Shown here: positions 1 through 9,915 of the stretch, piece after piece | How the letters are laid out: every line of letters begins with the position of its first letter | How positions within the stretch are numbered: position 1 is the stretch's first letter | NCBI GenBank assembly: GCA_003056265.1 | Contig: NBVN01000002.1 | Location: forward strand, 270,001-302,000 | Direction: 5' to 3' | DNA from: Zestosphaera tikiterensis | GTDB taxonomy: Archaea > Thermoproteota > Thermoprotei_A > Sulfolobales > NBVN01 | Length of the DNA stretch: 32,000 nucleotides | The notes under the pieces: generated by a model | Told to the model about the DNA's origin: nothing | The model's input: only the letters and a program-made list of their open reading frames with translations | Databases searched by the model: none | Position numbers and translations under genes: made by a program

Positions 1-924
1 ATCAAGAAACTTACCCACAGGAGGAACTCCAACCCCGTTAATCATGTTGCTCATTGCGTTATGAGCTATTTTAACGTCGTAATGTTTAAGAATCTTCATT
101 TCATCTTCGGTTATTTGAACTCCGTGAATTGCTAAAAACCTCGGTGAGAGGAACCCTATATCTCTCAATCGTTCAAACGGCCTTTTACCGTATCTCTCGA
201 TGTTATGGTAGACGTCTATTAAGCCTTCCTCTACATGCATCGCGTATATAGTATTGTATTTATCGGCTAACTCCTTACTTTTGATAAGTACGTCGTCAGT
301 TACGGTAAACGAAGCGTGCAGTGTGAAAATCCCTTTAACGTTGGTTTTAGCGTCGTTTAAAGTTTTTCTAACGAATCTCTCATTTTCTTGAATACCTATA
401 TAACCTTCTTCAATACTTCTTCGCTGCGTCACTGAAAAACCAGCTAACCCTCTAATACCTACTTCATTAACGGCTTTCTCAATATAATCTAGGGAACCTA
501 AAGTTACGTTAGGAGCGTCGAGCAAATCTTTAAAGAACGTCGTTCCCGTCCTAGCGAATAGGATAGAACCTAGTAAAGCACTTACGTATATGTCTTCGTA
601 AGTTAAAGACTCGTCTAAAGCCCACCAAATCCTTTGAAGGTTCTGCTGAAAATCCGATGGAGGTTCTATAAAGGCAAACCAAGGTGAACCTGTTAGAAGC
701 AATCCGTAGAAATGCGTATGAGCACAAACAAACCCAGGAACCACTACACTCCTCCTTAACTCTAAGTACTCCTCAGCACTATATTTACTCCTACCATCGC
801 CAAACCCTACATCCACTATCACGCCGTCCCTTACAGCTACGTAGCCGCGGGGTATAACATCCCTTTTAGAATTCATAGTCACAATCAAAGAATTGTTAAT
901 CAGTAAATCAACCTTCTCAAACAT
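1..924 (-). CDS. Amidohydrolase-superfamily protein, SsnA/chlorohydrolase-like (N-terminal part only; C-terminus lies beyond window start)
   Basis: Absent from the ORF track because there is no stop in the window. My reverse-strand translation from ATG (complement of 922-924) reads MFEKVDLLINNSLIVTMNSKRDVIPRGYVAVRDGVIVDVGFG...VVVPGFVCAHTHFYG...LQRIWWALDESLTYEDIY. I checked codons 661-924 explicitly and read the rest through quickly, seeing no stop. PGFVxAHTH is the HxH metal motif of amidohydrolases. Confidence 0.7.
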   Translation of the reverse strand, partial: MFEKVDLLINNSLIVTMNSKRDVIPRGYVAVRDGVIVDVGFGDGRSKYSAEEYLELRRSVVVPGFVCAHTHFYGLLLTGSPWFAFIEPPSDFQQNLQRIWWALDESLTYEDIYVSALLGSILFARTGTTFFKDLLDAPNVTLGSLDYIEKAVNEVGIRGLAGFSVTQRRSIEEGYIGIQENERFVRKTLNDAKTNVKGIFTLHASFTVTDDVLIKSKELADKYNTIYAMHVEEGLIDVYHNIERYGKRPFERLRDIGFLSPRFLAIHGVQITEDEMKILKHYDVKIAHNAMSNMINGVGVPPVGKFLD

Positions 925-1066
925 TAAACACACCTTAGAATTTAAGTCAGCATTAATTTTAAGTATGTGTTAATATGTTTTAGGTAAAAAGCTTTTGTAA
1001 AATTTATGGGTTTAACACCTGATGTTAATTTAAGCTAAAAAACTGCGTTTTTAAGTTTACTAAAGG

Positions 1067-2029
1067 TTATATAGGTAGTACTGTAGTGCCTGCGTTGCCT
1101 TTAACTACGTCATACCCTTGATATAGATGTCCTATAGCAGCTCTCTTACCTCCATGCTTTATAAATCTAATAGCTGCTAAAACCTTCGGGCCCATAGATC
1201 CTGGTGGGAAGTAACCCTCCCTATAGTACTTCTCAAGTTCTGAAACCATAACTACATCAAGTTTTTTCTGATCTGGCTTACCGAAGTTCAGGTAAACTCC
1301 ATCAACGTCTGTTAATATTACGAAGGTTCCAGCACCTATGGATGTAGCCAAAACCTCACCTGCTAAGTCTTTATCTATGACTGCCTCAACACCTTCTAAC
1401 TCGCCGTTTTCCTTCCTAACGACAGGTATTCCACCACCACCTGACGCAACAACGATCCAACCGTCATCTAGTAACTTCCTCACCGCCTGAACCTCTACGT
1501 TAGCGAAGGGATCTGGGGATGGTACGACTCTCCTATAACCTCCTCTAGGATCCGGCTTAAAGACCCATCCCTTCTCAGCAGCAAGTTTTTTAGCTTCTTC
1601 TTCAGTATACCAACTCCCTACGAATTTAGTTGGGTTTTTCCACGCGGGGTCGTCCCTACTTACCTCAACTTGATTAACTATAGCCACAACGCCTTTAACG
1701 TGGTCTTTAATTCCTTCTCTAATGAGTAAATTTGAAATCGCTTGAGTTAGTAGATACCCTAACCAACCCTGCGTCATAGCCCCCGCTATATCCATAGTTA
1801 AAGGCGGTATCTTATCTTTAGAACGTTCCATCCACTCCAACACTATACCCACTTGCGGTCCGTTGCCATGCGTAACCGCTACTTTATATCCTTCCTTAAC
1901 GATCTTAACTATGGTTTCAGCTGCTTTATACGCGTTGCGCCAGTAGTCTTCAGGAGTTCCTTTATCTCCTTTGGTTTGGAAGGCGTTACCGCCTAAAGCA
2001 ATTAACACGTATTTCTCATTCCTATCCAT
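1067..2029 (-). CDS. arcC: Carbamate kinase
   Basis: 320 aa. N-terminal VLIALGGNAF...THGNGPQVG motifs and overall length are typical of carbamate kinase; it sits next to carbamoyltransferases. Confidence 0.9.
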   Translation of the reverse strand: MDRNEKYVLIALGGNAFQTKGDKGTPEDYWRNAYKAAETIVKIVKEGYKVAVTHGNGPQVGIVLEWMERSKDKIPPLTMDIAGAMTQGWLGYLLTQAISNLLIREGIKDHVKGVVAIVNQVEVSRDDPAWKNPTKFVGSWYTEEEAKKLAAEKGWVFKPDPRGGYRRVVPSPDPFANVEVQAVRKLLDDGWIVVASGGGGIPVVRKENGELEGVEAVIDKDLAGEVLATSIGAGTFVILTDVDGVYLNFGKPDQKKLDVVMVSELEKYYREGYFPPGSMGPKVLAAIRFIKHGGKRAAIGHLYQGYDVVKGNAGTTVLPI

Positions 2030-2040
2030 CTTAACTCCCT

Positions 2041-3114
2041 CTACTCATCGTATTTACTCCCCATAACCATAGACATTACGGCTTTTTGAACGTGTAATCT
2101 ATTCTCAGCTTCTTCAAAATATAAAGACTTCTCGTAAGTGTCGAGCACTTCATCAGTTACTTCTTGACCTCTATCGGCAGGACCGCAATGCATGTAGTAG
2201 GGCTTCCCTGCTTCGTGTAGGAGATCCATAGTTACGATCCAATTCTTAAACTTGCTTTGATATTCCATTGCTTCCTCCTTATGTACTTTACCGTCGGCAC
2301 TGTATGGTGGAAAGAACCCTTTAGGACTCCAAGCCTTCGGATACACGAAAGTAGCTCCTTCGAAGGCTTCCTTCATATCATGCGTTATATGTAGCGAACC
2401 TCCATAACGGTCAGCGAATTCCTTAACCTTCTGTATGATCTCATCTTGAAGTTCAAACCCTGGTGGGTGAGCTATCCAAACCTCCGCCCCCATTATAGCT
2501 GCGGTTAACGCTACGTCTTGAGGTACTGCTAAAGGCTTTAAACCTCCGGAGTAGGCGTAAGACACTACGAATTTCTTACCTCGTAGGTTATGCACAACGT
2601 CTAACGCTGTCTTAATATCCGCTAAGGCTTGAAATGGATGATATATGTCATCCTCCATGTTAAGGACGGGTATTGTAGCCCATTTAGCGAATTCCTCTAT
2701 TACCCTATGTCCCCTACCGATTATCCACTTAGCCGCGTCCGCGTAAATCCTTATAGCTATAGCGTTTCCATACCTACTTAAAACTCTAGCCACGTCACTA
2801 ATAGCTTCTGTTTTGTAGGGTTCCATGTCCTCAGGTAATGTAGGGGTATATACGTCTTGAGGGCTTAGGAAGTGAGCATGACCACCTAATTGATGCATTC
2901 CAGCTTCGAAGCTGTTTCTCGTTCTTAAAGATCTGTTGTAGAACAGCATGAACAGCGTTTGACCTTTTAGATACGGTGTAGGAACTTTAGACTTGAACTT
3001 CCTCTCTAAGTCCCTAGCAGCTTCTATAATCATTTTAATCTCTTCTTGAGTTCTAGAAGCGTTTGTTAAGTAATCCTGACCCTCCCAAATCCCTACGTAC
3101 CAAGGTTTACCCAA
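2041..3114 (-). CDS. YgeW-family carbamoyltransferase paralog 1 (substrate unknown)
   Basis: 357 aa, TTG start. Carbamoyl-phosphate motif present as SLRTR (canonical STRTR), HPFQALAD (canonical HPTQ) and YMHCGPAD (canonical HCLP). AYSGGLKPLAVPQD and FVYPKAWSP resemble my recollection of E. coli YgeW rather than OTC/ATC, and there is no DxxxSMG ornithine motif. Confidence 0.8.
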   Translation of the reverse strand: MGKPWYVGIWEGQDYLTNASRTQEEIKMIIEAARDLERKFKSKVPTPYLKGQTLFMLFYNRSLRTRNSFEAGMHQLGGHAHFLSPQDVYTPTLPEDMEPYKTEAISDVARVLSRYGNAIAIRIYADAAKWIIGRGHRVIEEFAKWATIPVLNMEDDIYHPFQALADIKTALDVVHNLRGKKFVVSYAYSGGLKPLAVPQDVALTAAIMGAEVWIAHPPGFELQDEIIQKVKEFADRYGGSLHITHDMKEAFEGATFVYPKAWSPKGFFPPYSADGKVHKEEAMEYQSKFKNWIVTMDLLHEAGKPYYMHCGPADRGQEVTDEVLDTYEKSLYFEEAENRLHVQKAVMSMVMGSKYDE

Positions 3115-3237
3115 GGGTTACACCATGAGTTTATAGGTTTTTAATTTAAAAACACATGTGAATGAATTCCCATAAACTATCAAAGATTTTTACTTAAATT
3201 AAGCGATAATGAAGTTATCACGTTTAAGTTAAAAACG

Positions 3238-4281
3238 TTATTTAAGGCCGGCCATCACCAACGCAAGTACAGCCATCTTAGTCCATAAGCCATTCTCCGC
3301 CTGCTCATAAAGTACAGACCTAGGGCTGTCAACTACTTCATCATCAGCCTCCGCATTTCTAAAAACTGGCATTACATGCATTAACACGCCGGACTTATCC
3401 ATTAAATCCATTAAGTCTTTAGTGACTCTCCAGTCTTTAAACTTCTCGTAGTTCTTAAGTTCTTCCGCTCCATACTTACTATAACCAAGTTCCTGAAGCG
3501 TTTTTGAAGCCCAATTCCTCGGGAAGACTGCGTGAGCACCTCTCAACGCTTCCCTATAATCATTACTGAATTCTAACGTAGCTCCGGAGCTTCTAGCGTT
3601 TTCTTTAGCCCATTCAACGATGTCAGGATATAGATCATAACCTGGGGGATGCACTACAGTTACGTCAACTCCTAACCTAGTGAACAGCAGTAGGTCTTCG
3701 TTGATGCTGCACGGACCTCTAACAACTGGCGAGTAGGCCCACATAATAACGTACTTTTTACCTCTGGGGTTAGGGAACAACTCTTCGAAAGTCATGTAAT
3801 CCGCTAAAGCCTGAGTTGGATGGAATTGATCATCAGCCATGTTAATAACAGGTATTTTAACGTGTTTAGCAGCTTCCCTAATTAATTGATTACCTACTCC
3901 GTGCTTGTAATCTATAGCTTTATCAAGTATTCTTATACCTAAGCCATGGCCATACCTATCATACATAGCGACAACGTCCTTAACGGCTTCCCCCTCACCT
4001 ATCCTAGTTTCTTGAGAGCTTATGTATTGCGCGTGTCCTCCTAAGTACGTCATAGCCGCTTCGAAAGCTGCTCGGGTTCTCGTTGAACCCGCGAAGAACA
4101 GCATGAAGAACGTCTTTCTGTCCAATAATTTCGGCAAACCTTCAACACCGTAGTAATGGTGAATCCACTTAAACTCTTTAGCTAGGTTCAAAGCGATTTT
4201 AATTTCCTCAACACTCCATTCTTGAGTGGTTATTAAGTCCTTACCCATTAAGTCATACACAAAGTTCTTCAAATCGAACAC
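3238..4281 (-). CDS. YgeW/OTC-like carbamoyltransferase paralog 2 (substrate unknown)
   Basis: 347 aa, GTG start. Has STRTR and HPTQALAD, with HVMP in place of HCLP. WAYSP...HPPGYDL...VFPRNWAS are YgeW-like segments, and the OTC SMG motif is absent. Confidence 0.8.
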   Translation of the reverse strand: MFDLKNFVYDLMGKDLITTQEWSVEEIKIALNLAKEFKWIHHYYGVEGLPKLLDRKTFFMLFFAGSTRTRAAFEAAMTYLGGHAQYISSQETRIGEGEAVKDVVAMYDRYGHGLGIRILDKAIDYKHGVGNQLIREAAKHVKIPVINMADDQFHPTQALADYMTFEELFPNPRGKKYVIMWAYSPVVRGPCSINEDLLLFTRLGVDVTVVHPPGYDLYPDIVEWAKENARSSGATLEFSNDYREALRGAHAVFPRNWASKTLQELGYSKYGAEELKNYEKFKDWRVTKDLMDLMDKSGVLMHVMPVFRNAEADDEVVDSPRSVLYEQAENGLWTKMAVLALVMAGLK

Positions 4282-4362
4282 CTCAAAGTAGGGACTGAAG
4301 ATTAAATTAAATTAATTTATTTACGAATTTATGTGAAATCATTCATCAAAGCTTTAAGCACT

Positions 4363-4860
4363 TTAAATAGTGCGTGTCTTAATTAACCTACTTTTAAGTC
4401 TTTCGTATGTTCTCGCTAGATCCTCGGGGATTACTTTAACCCTACCTATGACTGGCATGAAGTTCGTGTCTCCAGACCACCTAGGCACTACGTGAATATG
4501 GAGATGATGCTCTACACCAGCACCAGCTACTCGACCTATGTTTAAACCTATATTATAGCCATGAGGGTTGTATTCCTCGTCTAAAGCCTTAATTATAGCG
4601 CTCAATACGTTATGCATATCTAAAACCTCCTCTTGAGTTAGTAGTTCAGGCCTTGATATGTGGCGTTTTGGAGCTATCATCACATGACCTGTATTGTAAG
4701 GGTATATGTTAAGCATCGCTATTGAGTGATGACTACGTAAAACTACGTAATTATCCTCATCGCTACCTAAAACAGCTCTACAGAAAATACACTCCTTTTG
4801 CTCGCCGCCTACAACATAACTCATCCTCCAAGGAGCCCACAGAACGTTTGAACACGGCAT
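4363..4860 (-). CDS. HIT-family (histidine triad) nucleotide hydrolase/transferase
   Basis: 165 aa with the HHLHIHVVPR histidine-triad motif near the C-terminus. Confidence 0.85.
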   Translation of the reverse strand: MPCSNVLWAPWRMSYVVGGEQKECIFCRAVLGSDEDNYVVLRSHHSIAMLNIYPYNTGHVMIAPKRHISRPELLTQEEVLDMHNVLSAIIKALDEEYNPHGYNIGLNIGRVAGAGVEHHLHIHVVPRWSGDTNFMPVIGRVKVIPEDLARTYERLKSRLIKTRTI

Positions 4861-4961
4861 ACGTCAGCACCAAATGCAGTATTTTAATAAAGAATTAAAA
4901 GAACGTACCTTACGATATAGAATTACAAATCTTCCAATCAACTTAGATATAACGTCCATTA

Positions 4962-5288
4962 TTAATGGCATAAGTTACTTAATATGTTAATTACCTTACT
5001 GTAAAGGTCTTCAGGACTTAAAGAACAGTTAACGTTTCTCGCCTGGAACGCTATAGTCTTAAGCTCGTCTCCCACATAAGCACCTTCAAACCTAACCTCT
5101 AAATCATCTACTAACATCCATGGAGACCAGCAAATCAACGACGAATTTACTTCCAAGCAGTCCTGCTTGCTGAAACAATACTTCAGCCCTGGAACATCAC
5201 CTATGACGTCGCCATGGCCCTCGGCTTTACAAACGTAAACGATTTTAACGTGCTCTTCTACGATATGTTCAAGTACGTAAGTGCTCAT
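4962..5288 (-). CDS. Hypothetical protein
   Basis: 108-aa ORF in the same orientation as its neighbours. No motif recognised. Confidence 0.4.
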   Translation of the reverse strand: MSTYVLEHIVEEHVKIVYVCKAEGHGDVIGDVPGLKYCFSKQDCLEVNSSLICWSPWMLVDDLEVRFEGAYVGDELKTIAFQARNVNCSLSPEDLYSKVINILSNLCH

Positions 5289-5351
5289 AGTTATAAACCC
5301 CCACTATTTTTAATTAATGGTTTTATAGGATAATTTACCTTTGTAGAAAAA

Positions 5352-5576
5352 TTACACAACCGGTGTTAAAGGCGTCCCACAGTACGGGCATTTGCCTTGA
5401 AGTGCTTTATAGTCGCCAGCACATACGTATATTTTCGTTCCTTTACCACATTTAGGACATACGTAAACAACGTCCTTACCTACAACCATTTTCCTATTAC
5501 ATACAACGCATCTCTTAGTCGCCCAACCTAAGTGACCGCCAGCTGTAACACCCTTCAATATCCCCATGTTGTTCAC
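5352..5576 (-). CDS. Small zinc-ribbon protein
   Basis: 74 aa with CVVC...CPKC...C...CPYC cysteine pairs. Confidence 0.5.
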   Translation of the reverse strand: MNNMGILKGVTAGGHLGWATKRCVVCNRKMVVGKDVVYVCPKCGKGTKIYVCAGDYKALQGKCPYCGTPLTPVV

Positions 5577-5710
5577 CTAACATCATTGAATTTTACTCCT
5601 TAAAAACGTTTGCTTACGATGAAATTCAATGCTAATCCTTAAATCATGGAAAGAGCTTAAGTTGAGTCCGTATATTTTGTTCTTAGTAGTAGTTAATTTT
5701 AGGTGAGGAA

Positions 5711-6466
5711 ATGAACACTTTAAAGATATGTGCTGTTGGAGACGTACATGGAAGTAGGTATTTCAACCTTTTTCAAGCTTCACTTAAGTCTATGATTTGG
5801 TTTAAACCAGACGTATGTATCTTTGCTGGAGACATGGTTGATGAGGGAAGAGTTGACGACTTAGATCCTATAGTGCATGAGGTGAGGGTGAAGTTCCCCA
5901 ACATACCTATAATTTCAGTCTTCGGCAATGAAGAATATCACGAATTAGAGGACATATTCATCAGGAGGTATCCGGAGATCGTGTGGCTTAATGACACACC
6001 AGCGATAATCGAGATAAACAACGTTAACGTAGGTTTCATAGGAACTAGAGGATCCTTAGATAAATTGACTTTCTGGCAGAAACGTAATAAACCAGAATTA
6101 GAACTTGTCTATAGGGAAAGACCCAAAAGGCTTAAGAACTTAATAAATGAAGTGCGTAAATACGCTGAAATAATAATATTTATATCACATTACGCACCAA
6201 CATTCCATACAGTTAAGGGGGAGCCTGAGAGAATATACCCCTACATGGGCTCTAGAGATATGGAGAAAATGATTAAAGAAACAAAACCTGATGTTGTGAT
6301 ACATGCCCACGCACATAACGCTAGAATCACAGAAACAGTTATAGAAAACATTAAAGTCTTTAACGTCTCCCTACCAGCACGTAAAAACATAACGCAGATC
6401 GAACTTAAACCTAAGAAGACTTTAACCACTTACACCAACCCAGCGAATCCATCAAATAAGACCTAA
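5711..6466 (+). CDS. Calcineurin-like metallophosphoesterase
   Basis: 251 aa with the GDVHG, GDMVDEG, GNEE and HAHAHN motif series of the metallophosphoesterase fold. Confidence 0.8.
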   Translation: MNTLKICAVGDVHGSRYFNLFQASLKSMIWFKPDVCIFAGDMVDEGRVDDLDPIVHEVRVKFPNIPIISVFGNEEYHELEDIFIRRYPEIVWLNDTPAIIEINNVNVGFIGTRGSLDKLTFWQKRNKPELELVYRERPKRLKNLINEVRKYAEIIIFISHYAPTFHTVKGEPERIYPYMGSRDMEKMIKETKPDVVIHAHAHNARITETVIENIKVFNVSLPARKNITQIELKPKKTLTTYTNPANPSNKT

Positions 6467-6536
6467 GCTAATCAGGGATAAAATAACGTGTAAAGGAATT
6501 TCAAACGACGTTACTGACTTGTTTAACGGATGAAAG

Positions 6537-6815
6537 CTAAACCTTCATCTCTGCTTGTTGATATTTCTCTAAATATATACCCGCAACAATAAGGTCCCCA
6601 CCGCATTTAGGGCACTTACCCACGTTCTTACCTACGTAGTCATCAGCTTTAAATGACGTCTTCTCTTCGAACCCGCAATTAACGCATTTAATTACCTCTA
6701 AGATTTTCTTCTGTTCTTCGTTAGGTTTATTGGAAGGTCTCCTAGTTAATGACATTAGAAGAAATGAAATTAGAAAAGCTGTTAAAGCTATAACTAATAT
6801 GTAGAGAGGCTCCAT
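6537..6815 (-). CDS. Membrane-anchored zinc-ribbon protein
   Basis: 92 aa with an N-terminal hydrophobic helix (LYILVIALTAFLISFLLMSL), then CVNC...CPKC. Confidence 0.5.
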   Translation of the reverse strand: MEPLYILVIALTAFLISFLLMSLTRRPSNKPNEEQKKILEVIKCVNCGFEEKTSFKADDYVGKNVGKCPKCGGDLIVAGIYLEKYQQAEMKV

Positions 6816-6831
6816 CGCATTACACCACCTA

Positions 6832-7926
6832 TCATTTTATACCTAACGTGTTACCTACCCCTATAACTACTACAGCATCCCCTTCTTTAGTCTTGCTCCT
6901 TATTATGTTTTTAACTACATCTACAGCTTTTAACACGCCGTCATATATCTCCTTAGTCATTGTAGTTATTGCTTCCTCATTTGACATCTTAACGACTACT
7001 GCGTCAAGAGGTATGGAGTATTTTGTAGCTATTCTCTCCATAGCTATCTTCTCAGGTCCTATATCACCTATAGCGGCACCAACGCCGAAAGCTACTTCAC
7101 CACTTCTCTCACTTTCAAGCTTTAACGCCGCATCAACTGTTATTATGCGTGCGATCTTCCCATCCAACTCATTTACTAACTTCTCAAGCGCTTCACCAGG
7201 CCTGCCAACTGTGGGTCCAGGGCCTTTAGCTTTAACTACGTAAATCCTTCTGTTTTCGAAGGAGCTTTCATAAACTACTGTTTCAGGCACGATCTCCCTT
7301 TCTTCAGAGGAATTCGCTAAAGTCCTAACTACTAAAGGACCTGCCCCATCACCTATAGGGGCTCCAACGCCGAAAGCTTCTATTGCGTTGTTATATGCCT
7401 TAGCTAACAGATATATTTGATTAACATCTAACGCCAACCTCATCATTAAAACCCAATCGTTGTATTTAACACCTAAATTGTAGTAATGCTTCACAACTTT
7501 ATTTATAAACGTAAGTATGGAGTTTAACTCAAGCATTACCTCTATTTTCTGCCTTACTTCATCGCTAATGTTCTTTAAATTCTCGATCACATACCTCTTA
7601 ACTGCTTCATCGCGTGTCCTAAGCAAATGCCTTAACCTACTTATTATGTCTGTAGGCTCTATATCTACGGGACTTATCATAAAGAAGTTATCGACGTAAT
7701 TCTCTATTAACTCTTTAGGGTTAGGCACATTTAAATCTTTTAGATACTTAATCGACTTACGCCTTCCATCATTTTCAAGCTCGTTTAACTCATAGATCCT
7801 CCTCCTAACTACTGATGAAAACCTCCAAAACTGCATTTTCTGAGGTATGTCCGTAAAGTTAAGTACAAATGACGAAAGTATTATGACCGCAAGCAATATT
7901 GAAGACCAATCTTGAGTTCCATCCAT
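6832..7926 (-). CDS. Conserved archaeal protein, DUF1512-like (N-terminal TM helix)
   Basis: 364 aa. The length and N-terminal TM segment match my recollection of the archaeal DUF1512 family. Internally duplicated GxGAxIGD segments (GVGAPIGDGAGP and GVGAAIGDIGP). Confidence 0.5.
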   Translation of the reverse strand: MDGTQDWSSILLAVIILSSFVLNFTDIPQKMQFWRFSSVVRRRIYELNELENDGRRKSIKYLKDLNVPNPKELIENYVDNFFMISPVDIEPTDIISRLRHLLRTRDEAVKRYVIENLKNISDEVRQKIEVMLELNSILTFINKVVKHYYNLGVKYNDWVLMMRLALDVNQIYLLAKAYNNAIEAFGVGAPIGDGAGPLVVRTLANSSEEREIVPETVVYESSFENRRIYVVKAKGPGPTVGRPGEALEKLVNELDGKIARIITVDAALKLESERSGEVAFGVGAAIGDIGPEKIAMERIATKYSIPLDAVVVKMSNEEAITTMTKEIYDGVLKAVDVVKNIIRSKTKEGDAVVVIGVGNTLGIK

Positions 7927-8052
7927 TTTTAACTATACACCACCTACCCACTTATCACCTTAAGCATAGATTCTACTAAGGTTTTATATTTTACGATTTG
8001 AGATATACGTTGCGTAGTAAGCAATAGCTTAACACATAACGTTAACGTATTG

Positions 8053-8976
8053 TCATTGAATTTCCGGGTTGGTAGTTATGTAGACTTTATCTTTAAGTAT
8101 TAAAACAGTTTCTTCGTATTGAGCCACATAACCCTTGCTGGACTCCACTAATACGGGGTATGCGGTAAGTACCTTTTTAGACGTAAGTTTTTTAAGAATG
8201 TCGCGTAACCTGAGGTAATCGTTGAATTTATCTACTAACCACCTCTCGCAGAATGGTAGGGTTTTAAACTTTGTGAATATATATTCAGCAAGTTCTCTTT
8301 CTTCATCATTTAAGTTTTTAAAATTAAATGATGAGAGAGCATATATCTGTATTGAGTTTCTATCCTCTTGAACGTATCCCCTGCCGTCGGTGGCGAAGGG
8401 CTCTACAGCATAAGCTTTACCAGCACTTACTTTACCTAAAGGAACGAAACTACTGTTGTTCGGAACTATCTCACCCGCATGTATTAAATACCGCCCTAAG
8501 GAATGCCCAGATAAATTCCTCACTACGTTATAGCCGTAGCTCTTAACAGTTCTTTCTATAACCCTACCTATAGCGTTTAATTGAATGTTATTCGAAATGA
8601 TTTTTAACGCGTTGTTTAAAGCTTCCTGAACAGCTTCAACAAGCCTTAAGTACTTATCGTTAAATGATATGGTTATGGCGGTATCTGCTATATAGCCGTT
8701 AACGTGAACTCCCACATCAATCTTAACCAAAGAGTTTTCAGGCACCACCGCAACATCATCTACGTATGGAGACCTATGAGCAGCTACTTCATTTATGGAT
8801 ATATTGGCTGGAAAAGCGGGTTCACCCCCTAAATCTTTAATTAATTTCTCCACATAGTTAGCTATTTCAAGAAGTTTAACGTTTGGCTTTACATATTTCG
8901 CAACTGATTTCTTAACTCTATACGCTATCTCGCCAGCCTTTAAATACTCTTCAAAGCCTTCAAAACCGCTACCCAT
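8053..8976 (-). CDS. map: Methionine aminopeptidase, type 2 (archaeal)
   Basis: 307 aa with AFPANISINEVAAH and IDVGVHVNGYIADTA metal-ligand segments typical of archaeal MetAP. Confidence 0.9.
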   Translation of the reverse strand: MGSGFEGFEEYLKAGEIAYRVKKSVAKYVKPNVKLLEIANYVEKLIKDLGGEPAFPANISINEVAAHRSPYVDDVAVVPENSLVKIDVGVHVNGYIADTAITISFNDKYLRLVEAVQEALNNALKIISNNIQLNAIGRVIERTVKSYGYNVVRNLSGHSLGRYLIHAGEIVPNNSSFVPLGKVSAGKAYAVEPFATDGRGYVQEDRNSIQIYALSSFNFKNLNDEERELAEYIFTKFKTLPFCERWLVDKFNDYLRLRDILKKLTSKKVLTAYPVLVESSKGYVAQYEETVLILKDKVYITTNPEIQ

Positions 8977-9088
8977 TTAAGACACATGTTAATTTTTCAT
9001 AAAAACTTAAAAAAAGACCAACATAAACGTTGCGACTTCCGTGTTAAGATATTTAACTGAAATGCAAATTAAGATTTGGTGGCTAAAC

Positions 9089-9775
9089 ATGATTAAAGTT
9101 AAGTGGTTTGGACACGCAGCTTTTCAAGTCTCTATAGACTCTAAAACGTTCTATGTGGATCCATGGATAAGTAACCCATTATCTCCTGTAAAGGGTTTAC
9201 CGGAAGCCGAGCCTGACTACATAATTGTAACACACGATCACGGAGACCACTTGGGAGAAGCTATAGAAATGCTTAAGAAGTTTAGTAAAGCTAAGTTAAT
9301 AGGGATTTACGAACTAGCGTCGTATGTAGCAGAAGTTCTTCAAGATCAAACTAGGGTTATAGGCGCTAATATCGGGGGCCCAATAGACTTAGGGGAAGGT
9401 TATAAAGCCATCCTTACGCCGGCTTTCCACTCAAGCGGGAGAGGAGCTCCAACAGGTGTTGTATTCGGTAAGCCGGGGAAGTTCGTTTACCACGCTGGAG
9501 ACACAGGACTCCACTATGAGATGAAGTTAATAGGTGATTTATACAAACCAACGGTGGCGTTATTACCTATAGGAGGCCATTTCACCATGGGTCCTGAAGA
9601 AGCGGCTTACGCAACATCCCTCATAAGACCTAAATACGTTATCCCAATGCATTACGGTACGTTCCCCGTCATTAAAGGAACTCCAGAGGAGTTTAAGGAA
9701 CACTTACGTAAGTTAAACGTTGAAGTAAACGTTATAGTTTTAAAAGCGGGGGAGGAGTACGTAATTACCGATTAG
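9089..9775 (+). CDS. UPF0173-type metal-dependent hydrolase (metallo-beta-lactamase fold)
   Basis: MIKVKWFGHAAFQV start and THDHGDH motif. I prefer the ATG at 9089 (preceded by GGTGG) over the track's GTG at 9041. Confidence 0.8.
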   Translation: MIKVKWFGHAAFQVSIDSKTFYVDPWISNPLSPVKGLPEAEPDYIIVTHDHGDHLGEAIEMLKKFSKAKLIGIYELASYVAEVLQDQTRVIGANIGGPIDLGEGYKAILTPAFHSSGRGAPTGVVFGKPGKFVYHAGDTGLHYEMKLIGDLYKPTVALLPIGGHFTMGPEEAAYATSLIRPKYVIPMHYGTFPVIKGTPEEFKEHLRKLNVEVNVIVLKAGEEYVITD

Positions 9776-9915
9776 TCAGACCTGCGCGGGGTAATCACTA
9801 AATCATCCCTTTCGAGCTTCATCATCTAAGAATATATCCGCACGTAGTTTTTAACTTTTAATTGCATTATTAACAACGTCTGTCGTAAAACAGTTAAAAA
9901 GGGGTTAAGCTACCT

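Noticed and set aside
6848-7243. 131-aa plus-strand ORF, and similar antisense ORFs at 6241-6429, 7517-7699, 8328-8546, 10047-10325, 10509-10793, 12810-13211, 17273-17488, 21044-21388, 22059-22241, 22959-23177, 23932-24183, 24445-24642, 24839-25120, 25589-25816, 28214-28414, 28442-28651, 29827-30090, 30114-30440, 30158-30391, 30946-31146, 31073-31282, 31221-31502 and 31228-31533
   Set aside because: All lie wholly or largely inside, and antisense or out of frame to, longer ORFs with recognisable motifs or better composition. Their translations are Ser/Leu/Thr-rich low-complexity shadows typical of the opposite strand of real genes.
9041-9088. 16-codon N-terminal extension of the MBL hydrolase from a GTG start, and the analogous 22-codon extension of glyS (14927-14992)
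   Set aside because: The family-typical N-termini (MIKVKWFGHAAF and MSVDKYEK...RRGFFWPSYEIYGG) begin at internal ATGs, and the extensions look non-conserved. This is treated as a start-codon artefact of longest-ORF calling.
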